Shown here piece after piece: positions 1 through 9,629 of a stretch of DNA of 30,420 nt. Source of the stretch: Vermamoeba vermiformis. Its lineage: Eukaryota. Location of the stretch: positions 248,001 through 278,420 of the forward strand of contig JBEWZL010000200.1 in the NCBI GenBank assembly GCA_045837725.1, read 5' to 3'. The notes beneath the pieces were generated by a model. The model searched no databases. It saw only the letters and a program-made list of their open reading frames with translations, and had not been told where the DNA came from. Each line of letters starts with the position of its first letter. Positions within the stretch are counted from its first letter, which is position 1. Both the position numbers and the translations under genes were made by a program.

Positions 1-287
1 ATGTCGTCATATTGTAAATAGTGTAAATACTTTTATTGTTGTTATTCAATGTACAATTCACTTGTTCTTTTCAGGTGAGGACAGTGGTGGCAGCACAAAC
101 ATGTCACCGCTCTTGCGTCGCGACGCCTCAAACTCTCTGACACTCTTGCGCACTGAGTCGTCGATCGAGTACTTCAATTGATGCACTATGTAGCTGAATG
201 CAAATATTGGGCTTGCTCAAATCTAAGTGATGCATCGTAAGTAATTTGAATGTCGAGAAAACTCGTGTTTTTTTACGTACCATTTCC
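1..287 (-). pseudogene. Degenerate duplicate of the AMP deaminase 3' end (last ~7 nt of penultimate exon, last intron, last exon, 3' UTR); direct repeat of ~3073-3449
   Basis: 1-195 aligns to 3073-3267 with few substitutions. It lacks 77 nt (3268-3344, frameshifting) and 9 nt (cacattcgt). Similarity continues through the intron to 'tacgtaccatt'. The copy may extend left of the window. Confidence 0.93.
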
Positions 288-290
288 GGA

Positions 291-1134
291 CTAGAGCTTT
301 TCTTTTAGCTTGTCCAACTTGGCCCTCCACACTTCCGAATAAAAAGCAACATGTTTCTCTTGTTGCGAGTCCGATCGGCTTGAGTCAGCTTCATCAACCT
401 CCATAAACGCATCACAGTTGTCCTTCCCTTCTTCAGGTGATGGGGGACAAGAAAATGCATCGTCGCTTGAATCATCGAGGTCCATCTCTAAATTTTGGTT
501 TGCAGTTTTTCTACTTTGGATGTCAGCAAGTATTTGCGAAATGAGAGAGACAAGAGTATAATCCGTAGTGCCGTCCAGTTGAGGTAATTGATTGAGTGGT
601 GTGTTGAGGACTTGTTTCAGATCGGCTGTGCAAAATAAGCTGAGCTCTTTCAGCTTCGGATCCCCAGAGATTGAAATGGTACTAATGTCTAAAACATCGT
701 TCAGGTAGGCAAAGTTGTCGTAATTTGTCCTCAATCGACGGCTAATCACCGCGGCTCGAGCTTTCTCGGTTTTGACGTGAGTGGGATTACGCGTGCCTCC
801 CCAAATGTACTTTTTTTGGAACTCCTTTGGCGTAAGCCTATTCATGTCGTTCTTAATTTTGTTATATTTTTGGTACTCGGAAGAATCTGCATCTCGCTCG
901 TCCGTTGGAGGGATTTGGATGTCGGCAAATTTGTCTGTCGTTCCGAGCCTAATGACAAATTGCTTGTATTTTTGCTGGCTCATATCCAAATATCTTTGCC
1001 TTGAAGAGTAGCACGTCCTCGATTTATTTATCTTGCTTCCATTAATTTTGAGAACAACTTTTCTTCTTCCTTTTAACAAACCGTTAAACAAATTTAATCA
1101 TGCAATGTTACTTACTGTGCTTTGTGTTATCCAT
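291..1134 (-). CDS. Orphan protein (~265 aa), acidic C-terminal region, 2 exons
   Basis: ATG at 1134 (MDNTKH). A GTAAGT..AAAG intron at 1115-1070 joins in phase to the long ORF 291..1091. No recognisable domain. Confidence 0.65.
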
Positions 1135-1209
1135 CCCGGGTTTGGGTGTCATTTATCGGTCGTGTCACAGATGAATTTTTGACACAAACGAAAGAGCACC
1201 GCACAACAA

Positions 1210-2983
1210 ATGGAAAGTGTAAGTATTTAATTTTAACTTACTAAATAAACAATTTTTTGGTTAAACCTTGTTATCTAGAGTTTTAGTGTCAAGGTATTGT
1301 CCGGTCCGGATATAGATGTCATACAATACTGCCACGACTATCTTGATATTTTGGGCAATTTAAACGATAGAAAAAATTTAATAATTCAAGAGGAACAAGA
1401 GTTCATAAACTCCGAGCAAAAAAGAACTAAATTCAGCGATCCATTCTTGGCTTTCAAGCAAGCCAGTGTTACACTAAAGTGGAATGAAGTTATTGAGCAG
1501 TTCAAGCAGCTTTTAATAAGCACGGAAGAACTTACGGAAACCAAAAGAGCTGCTCAATTACGAGAATATCTTTTCAACAAAGCTGCGAACAACGAACCAA
1601 CTGACGCTAAAATTGTTCTGGATGGATTAGTTGCATTTTATTCCTCAACAAGAGGGAATTTACTAAAAATGCAGGATTATTTTGATAGTCACGCATGCTG
1701 TTATGGTGCTTTGATGTTGATTCCTGGCAACAAAGCAGCCTGCGACTACATTGTAAAGCCAGAACGAGTTGATCAAGTCCTCGGAGGACTCGTGGCACGG
1801 ACAACCTCATTTGCGAAGTGACGACTCCCGAGTAGGCTTGTGCCCATATTGTCTAGAGTCACTGTTAAAGATGCGAATTGGCTCTTACAAAGCATTTATA
1901 TCGAAGATTAGAAACACATTGGCCAACAACAAAAACTCTCCATACGCCAAGGCAGCAGAAGAAAAAGAAAAGAAACTGACAGAGGAATTAAACTATCTAC
2001 AAATTGACATTGAGAGAGTGATTGCTACTAAATTGACGTTTGTATGTCATTTGCACGACATAACGTTCTCACAACACGTTACGTCATTTATTCCTCGATT
2101 TAAATCTAATATCTCCATTCAGGGAAGAATAGAAGAGCCAGAAGAGACAAAAACACATCAAGTTCAACAAGACGATGTCACTGATGATGCAGATCTTGAG
2201 TTCCTACTGCAGCAAGAATTTGCCTTTGATTCGCTAGACAACCAAGACCACTCATTTTTTGACCGCGAAGAGTCGAGCAATTCGGAGCAAAGCAAATCCA
2301 TAGGTACTTAGTCACCTTCGAACGTGTCAGTTTTGATTCTCAATCATTTGCGCAGAAGAAGTCAAGAGCACACCAGCCGCTAAGAAACGAATCTTGGTAA
2401 ATCTTGAACTAGAAGGGGATGATACTCCACCAAAAGGTCGACAGCTGAGATCGCGCAAACTCAAACACGATGATAACGAAGAACTAGCAACGGCACCTAA
2501 TACTAGAAGTCGCACAGCTAATAAGGGTGCCCAAACCAATAGAAATACAGTGAATAACACTAATGTAATGACAGTCAGTATGTAAGGGTATTGATATTGT
2601 GTGCACTATCTGAATATCTTTTTAGAACAAACGAAGGGGCAGAAACGGAAACGGCAGGAAGAAGTGTTTGTAACGAGTAAAAAGCGAAAGCTGCAGCCCG
2701 CGGGTAGCAAAAAAGAAGTACCAAATAATAGCACAAGCGAAGAAATGAATAGCCTTGCTCTTCGTGTAGAAGACACAACTTGCTTGTTCCCGCTGACAAT
2801 ATCGCAAGTGTTCTTGTTCAACGCACTTGCAGTGGCACTTTCTCTGAATTTGCCAAAAACTCGGAAATGCGCGCAATGTATCACGACTCGATGTCTCAGG
2901 TGGAGCTTGCGACATTATCACATCTGAAGGATCTGGTGTCACTGGCGCACACAAAAAAGTGCGAGTCCATGGGTTTGAAATAA
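1210..2983 (+). CDS. Orphan multi-exon gene (Cys/His-containing middle, acidic then basic NLS-like C-terminal half); interrupted by two apparent 1-nt frameshifts (pseudogene or assembly error)
   Basis: ATG at 1210. In-phase GT-AG introns at 1219-1278, 2304-2355 and 2578-2625 link ORFs 1297, 1769, 2394 and 2601. Frame switches are needed at ~1755 and ~2777. Confidence 0.55.
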
Positions 2984-3129
2984 ACGTCTCGTGTTAATTT
3001 CAAGCGCGATTCTCCACCAAGCAGCAAGCGTGGGCGGAGGTCTGTTTGATATTGGCCAATAGTGTATTAATAATGTCGTCATATTGTAAATAGTGTAAAT
3101 ACTTTTATTGTTGTTATTAAATGTACAAT

Positions 3130-6100
3130 TTACTTGTTCTTTTCAGGCGAGGACAGTGGTGGCAGCACAAACATGTCACCGCTCTTGCGTCGCGACGCTT
3201 CAAACTCTCTGACACTCTTGCGCACTGAGTCGTCGATCGAGTACTTCAATTGATGCACTATGTAGCTCAAGTCGATGTGATCGAAGGTCTTCAGTCCATC
3301 AAAGATTGCTTTCATTTCTTCCAACAATGTTTGGTGTCTATATTGAATGCGAATATTGGGCACATTCGTCTTGCTCAAATCTGATGGTGCAATTCGTAAG
3401 TAATGTGAATGTCGAGAAACTCGTTTCTCTTTAATTACGTACCATTGCCACCGATGCCAGGCAAATAATAGTTAGCGCCGAGCCAATTCATTTTCAAGCT
3501 CTGAATAGAGATTAGATGATATGCATAATAATTGTACATCTTACGTGTTCAAAGCCGGATTGCAGCACACTGTTGCGTCCTACTTCGCACAGATCTGCTG
3601 AACTCATCTTCCACACTTGTGCGGCAATGGCGTACTCTTCGATCAAGGGCTCGCGTGTGTAATGGAACTGCAGCGGATCATCTGCATTGCTATGGTTAAT
3701 GACTTGTCTCGCGTGTCAAGTGTCAAACACTGACCTGTTGAGAGTGACACATTGAGACCACGAGCGAAGAATTGCGGGAATGGATTCTTGGAATAATTGA
3801 GGAACAGCGAGTTGTTGCTGAGAGGACTCATTGCAATGCCTATTTGACACAAATAGAACCTAGGCACTAGTTAATATCACTCGAGTAATACAGTAATTAT
3901 ATGGTGCTACTCACAAGTACTGCAGCACGGGTGTCTTGCGCAGATTGATGCCGTGATTGATGCCATCAGCCAACAAGAACGCAGCGGCCAAATGATCTAA
4001 CTCGCCTGCCTCGCCACTGTGCGGTCTGAACTTGAAGGTTGCTAAATTAGGAAGTTAAGGAGAACGACATGGAGTGAAGGATATGCAGTGCTAGAGCGGT
4101 CATCAAGGATACAAAAACCACGTGCACGACGCAGCTGATTGAGCACCGTGAGATTCGAATAGAGATAATACAAGTAGTAGCTGTACGGTGGGTTGTGCGG
4201 CAAGTTCCACTCTTGTGGTGGCGGATACTTGCGCATCAAACGGTGCTCCAGTTTGCTCTCATCGTCCACACAGTCCACGCCCACTAAATAGCGCAAGAAG
4301 CGGTGCAGTTTGGGGTCTTTGGAGGGGTCAACTGTGACTTCGAACAGCGGCTCGAAAATATCTGCAAAGCTATGTTAGACACCTCACACAAGCAATCACG
4401 TGACGTACTTGACACCATGTCCTGCATGGTCTCGAAGTTGGGAATGCGATTCTTCTTGAATTCTTCGTACAGGCGCGGCACTTGCACCAACCAGCGCACG
4501 TGATCGGAGAACAAGTTGTTGTCGCAGACCCACGCCGCCAGTTTGGACCACTCATCGCGCTTGCGGCCATAAATCGAGACACGGTACTCAGCGAGGATGT
4601 ACTTGCTGTCCTTGAGCTCGTCCATCAATTCGTAGGTCATCTCCGCGAGATACCGGCCTTTGATGAGATTGTCGGTCTTGAGAAATATCTCGCGCAATCT
4701 CGATTCACCGATGGGATTGTATTTGAGATTGAACTTGTCGAAGCGGTGAAAGATGCGATTGTCTGCGTGCACGTCCAATCGATCGACGGTCAAATCATAG
4801 GCTGTCAGTCTGATACTTTCAAACACTTCTTGCAGCGTCAGGTGCTTGTTGTCGCGGAATATGACCACTTCCTAATTTAGAAATGACACGTGTTAATAAT
4901 GCCTCTAAGACGTGGACAGCACTTACATTGCCCTCGGACTTCAACTTCTTCTTAATGAACTTCAACAAGTGCTTCTGATTCATCGCACTGGACAAGTGAA
5001 TGTGCGTGTCAACTTTGCGAATGTTGTAAAAGTCACGATGCGCAACATTCTAAATGACACGTGTCAAATGATGTATCTTCCAATTACTCGGACTTACCAT
5101 TTGATGCAACTTCTCCTTGTCCTGATTGAGAGTCTTGTGCAGCACAAAACAGCTCTCGAGCAGGGCCAGTCGCTCGTAACAGTACGTCTTGTTGGGCCCT
5201 TCATTGGCCACGCGCAGCAGTGTGTTCAAGTCGCTGTAGTACTCGCGCAACTCGGCCACTTTGGCTTTGAATTGTGGTGCGTCGTTGTTCTCCATGGCTG
5301 CCGAGACTGTTAGCGTATTGACACGTGTCAAAGTGAGAACTGTACGCACCTGATTTTGACGGCCACACTTGTGCCACACCATCGATGAATTTGAACGCGA
5401 ACTGTTGACAGGTTAGCGATTGACACGTGTCAAAGAGCAGTTCTGCACGTACCTCAGAAGGCAACATCTCTTCCCTGGTGATTTCTTGACTGGCCAATAG
5501 CGTGACAGAGTTCGTGGTGTCAGAGGGCAGATCACGTGACTTGTAGTTGTGCGTCATCAGTGTCTCGTAGTCGTCTGTCACGTACTTGTGGCGCAGATTG
5601 ATCGCTGCCACGAGTGAGTTGAGCACTGTCAGCACTTCTTCGCGCTCAATAGGCTCGGCTGTATACGAACAGTACTGTAAGTATATGCGAGCGATAGTAT
5701 GTAATATTGTTGTACGTACTGTCCGGGGTAAGGATCAGCCGACGGAATTCAGGACGATTTAAATTCTGTTCGCGGGGTATGCCTTGAGACAACGACAACG
5801 AGTCTTTGAGTTTGAGCGTTATCTCTTGTTCCTAGCGCACTGGATGTTAGTGGAGTTCTGGTCGTTGAACTCAACTTGTGCCCAATAAAAATTTCGATTC
5901 ATTACAAAATACGCTTTTGAAATTCAATATTTTTTTGGCTGTATTTTGAAACTAATAGGAGAGAAGAAAACATAAATTGTCGTGTGGGGTGCACGGATTG
6001 GGCTCCAAAAAAATAGGTTCAAAGACCAAACATTATTTTTTAAATTACAATACCTTAGCTTGTTGGGCCTGGTAAGCATAAAATTCTTGGGTGTATTCGT

Positions 6101-6179
6101 ACGGATCAAAGTTCGGGTTGCTAAACGCCGACGCGTAGTCAGGCGGTGTAGCCCCTCCATTCGGCGGTGAGTTTTCCAT
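3130..6179 (-). CDS. AMPD: AMP deaminase, ~12 exons
   Basis: Family motifs include [70 protein letters not shown] and [11 protein letters not shown] at 6179 (MENSPPNGG), TAA at 3130. Introns join in phase. Confidence 0.97.
4042..4112 (-). other. U12-type (minor spliceosome) GT-AG intron in AMPD
   Basis: 5' site GTATCCTT, branch TCCTTAAC 10-15 nt before the AG. Removal gives in-frame [16 protein letters not shown]. Confidence 0.88.
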
Positions 6180-6747
6180 ATTATACGGTTGATGCTGTGG
6201 TCACGCTTTGAAAATGTAATTGAAATTGAATTTGCTCGAAGAGACAAAAATCGAACGAATGAAACAGAAATCTCGCAGGAAATTCAGGCGGAGCATGGTG
6301 CCCAGGCAAACGAACGATTAAACGACGCACCTGTAGTCGCATGAGGGGTAAAAAAAATGGATATGGGCGAGGTTTCCACCGAGCCAACGCAGGAAGAACT
6401 TATTGGTCGGAGAATCACTCGCCGTGATAATCAGAGTAGCCAGGAAACCACTGCGATGGTACTCCTAGGTCCTTGCACGTGATCAACAAGCGACAACACT
6501 GCTGCTACACAATGCGTTTGATGGCGGGTTAGCGGTGACCAGTTATTAGTGCGACAACTATTGTGGGAATAGAGAGATGCCCTTCAAATGCTGAGCGAAG
6601 GTTATCGCATGGACAACGAAAGGTATCACCAGTTGAACTGTCTTGTCGCAGCGGATCCAGATCTGGTCTCTACCAGGGCTACAGTTCAAGAAAAGTTTTC
6701 AACTCGTTTTTTTTCAGTTGTTATCTCTTTTTATTACAGTGCACAAC

Positions 6748-8447
6748 ATGGCTCTCTTCGTAGGCAAGTTATTTTCCTTTGCGGCGCTCTTTTGAACGTT
6801 ATTATTGCACATCAAACGAACTAAATCGGATTTGAAATTATTGAAACCTGAAATTACAGCTTGATCTTTGCCCTCCCGTGACATCAAAATTAGTCCTAAT
6901 AATTTTACTACAGGAAGATTACCAAGTGACGTTCGTCAACGAGAATTGGAAGATTTGTTTGATAAATACGGCAAGATCCTCCGTTGCGACATTAAGTCAA
7001 GTAGGTTAATACAATCAAGATTGTAGTCGTATTATATGTGATGGTTTATTTTTTCTTAACGCACTGCGTATTTTGCACTAAGCTTAGAATCTTCTGAAAA
7101 TAACTGAATTCAATTATTTATGCGTGCTTAAGCGTTAGATGGTTGCAATAATGCTAACAATACAATTTTAGGCTATGCCTTCGTCGAGTTTGAAGACAGC
7201 AGAGACGCTGAAGACGCCATCAAGGAGATGGACGGCTACCGTTTGAGCGGCCGTCCCATCGTCGTTGAATGGGCTAAGGGCAAGAGAAGAGGTGGTGAAT
7301 CGCGAGGTTAGTGCACATTAATATTCTCAGACCTAAATAGTGTGACTAAAATGATATCATTTAGCTGGAGGAGGCGATCGCGATGCATGCTTCAAGTGCG
7401 GCGAGAAGGGTCACTGGGCTCGTGAATGCCGCAAGTAAGTATCATAACAAAAAGTATATGACATTGAGACGAAGTATACTAACTGTTGCTTAGTGGTGGT
7501 GGCGGAAGCAGCAGCCGCAGCGGCCGTCGTCGTTCCAGATCCAGATCGAGATCAAGATCACGCAGAAGATCTTCAAGGTAGGCCTTTATTTTCATTTTTA
7601 TATGCTTAAATTCTTGAGTTATGCTTAAGAGCAATTTGATGGAAAATTGATTTTATTTTCAATTCTTACACTTACGACTGGATCCATTTATCCACATCAT
7701 CCATTGACTAGCTCAATTCTCGCTCGTGTCCGCGGTACTGCTGCGCTGTAGTTGCAACACTCGTGCTGGAGGCCAGGTGAAATTGCTGCGCCAAGTCGAG
7801 TTGTTAACGAGAGGTCCCGGTCACTGCTGTTCAGTTCTGAGAAATTGTGTCGTTGCGGTGCTGCTGACTAGAGGGGGTTCAGTGAACGGCCAGCTGATCA
7901 CGTGGTCACTCTGATGATCTTTGCTCTGATGGGGCTCTGCGCTGGTGCTGGTAGTCACTTCAGGTCAAGTTCAGTGAGCGGTGCTGTCCATGCCAAGGGT
8001 GCGACATCTCGGTCTTGTGTCCAGTTCTGGCGCTGTTGTCTCATTTCAGTCCTGTCTTTGCGCGTGTTTTGTGCCTTTTTTGGTAATGTCCCTAGAACTT
8101 TATCTAACTCTTTTTTTTCTTTAAAGATCGAGATCCAGAGATCGCAGAAGACACTCTCGCAGCAGGTAAGCCTCATATATTATTATATTAGTGTCTTTAC
8201 AGTCAGCTGATCATTTTCTCTACGTAGATCTCGTGATCGTCGCAGATCCAGATCTGGTGAGCGCAGAGACAAATCTCGCTCTCCTCCTCGCGATGAGAAG
8301 AGAGACAGATCTCGCGATCGATCTCGCGACAAATCTGCTGAGCGTGAACGTGACAGATCTCGCTCCAGATCCGCTGACAGACGTGAACCAGAGCCGCAAA
8401 CTAACGGCGATGATCACGGTAAGACTGATGCCCCCGCTGATGATTAA
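6748..8447 (+). CDS. SR splicing factor, RRM + CCHC zinc knuckle + RS domain (SRSF7/9G8/RSZ-like), 7 exons
   Basis: Exons 6748-6763, 6914-7000, 7172-7306, 7365-7434, 7494-7577, 8127-8165 and 8228-8447. They give [55 protein letters not shown] and RS repeats. Confidence 0.93.
6764..6913 (+). other. GC-AG intron (first intron of SR gene)
   Basis: G|GCAAGT donor restores the RNP2 motif LFVGRL. Confidence 0.85.
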
Positions 8448-8688
8448 ATCTGAGGCGTAAGGGCTGGATCAAGGGCTCCGTATTTCGGACCTTTGGTTTG
8501 GATTTTAATGTCCACCAACAATAACTCTTTTTGTAGAAAATAAACAAATAAATATCGTGGTTAATCCTATTAATTGAATGCTCTTTTCCCTTGTTGTCAT
8601 AATCCACCAGGGCCATCATACCAAAAGTGTCAAATGCCTCTTGAGCTCAAATGGGTCTCATTTCATTAATCTTAACGTTACAACTACA

Positions 8689-9531
8689 ATGCCTCTTAGT
8701 CCAAAAGTGTCAGTCACCACTGGAGGCAAGTAGATCTGTCAAACGAAACGTGCCAACAATTTGTTGCCGATAACAATTTGACACTTCAGTTTGCGTAATT
8801 TTATTAATTGTTATTTGGTTAAAGGAATCCATGGTCGATGCTGGTTCGCCAAGTAAGCGTCGTAGATATTTTTTGTATTTTTTGCGCAATTTTATTAATA
8901 AATGCAGCGATGATATCAAGAAGGGAGAGAAAATTTGGTGGAATGACCCAAGCATTACCAACTACCGCAAAGAGAAGGCTTTGACTGTAGATTTCCAGAC
9001 ATTCGCGACCTGGCCCAAAGACAAACAAGACAAGTTTATGGAACTCGCTTATCAAATCGATGAAAACACACTCGAAGGGTTCCCCGAGGGTGTTGAGCTC
9101 CCTGAAGACTTTGTCAAGGAGAATTACGTCAATCACTGCTGCGATGGCAACTGCTGGTTCGAAGGCGATGATTTGATCGTCGCTTCACGAGACATCGCGA
9201 AAGGCGAAGAAATCAAGTAAGAGAGCTTGTTTGACCTGACGCAGACCACTACTCACCTCTGCTGCTCAGCTACGATTATGCACTCACCGAGACCTCTTCG
9301 TACTTCTCGCTGGATTGCTTGGTAAGTCACCGCTCATTTGAAACATGACTGACACGTGTCAGTGTGGCAAGGCACTGTGTCGCAAGAGAGTGACAGGCGA
9401 TGATTGGAAGGTAAGTGTCGTCCTTGACTGCTAGCACATACTGACAGCAACAGTTGCCCGAACTCCAAGCCCGTTATGGCAATCACTTCTTGCCGTACAT
9501 TCTCAAGATGATTGAAGCGCACAAGCAGTAA
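8689..9531 (+). CDS. Small SET + post-SET domain protein (putative lysine methyltransferase), 6 exons
   Basis: Spliced product contains GIHGRCWFANDDIKKGEKI, YVNHCCDGNC, RDIAKGEEINYDY and post-SET CLCGKALCRKRVTGDDWKLPELQARYGNHFLPY. Confidence 0.9.
8726..8824 (+). other. GC-AG intron (first intron of SET gene)
   Basis: G|GCAAGT donor puts GIHGRCWFA in frame. The GT 4 nt downstream gives the wrong frame. Confidence 0.75.
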
Positions 9532-9629
9532 ATTGAAGCAGAGCCGCGGCAAATATCCAAATGTGACCAGTAATAATAGTCCAATAAATAAGTGTTTGAA
9601 GTATTTACAAGCTGTACAAGTGAGTGGCA

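Noticed and set aside
285-3060. Helitron interpretation of the orphan cassette (CTAG at 291, possible TC start near 3049 on the minus strand)
   Set aside because: There is no convincing subterminal GC-rich hairpin and no Rep/helicase motifs. The CTAG is simply the ORF's stop codon.
7905-7935. TGATGA..CTGA in the long SR intron as a C/D snoRNA
   Set aside because: The boxes are only about 10 nt apart, too close for a snoRNA.
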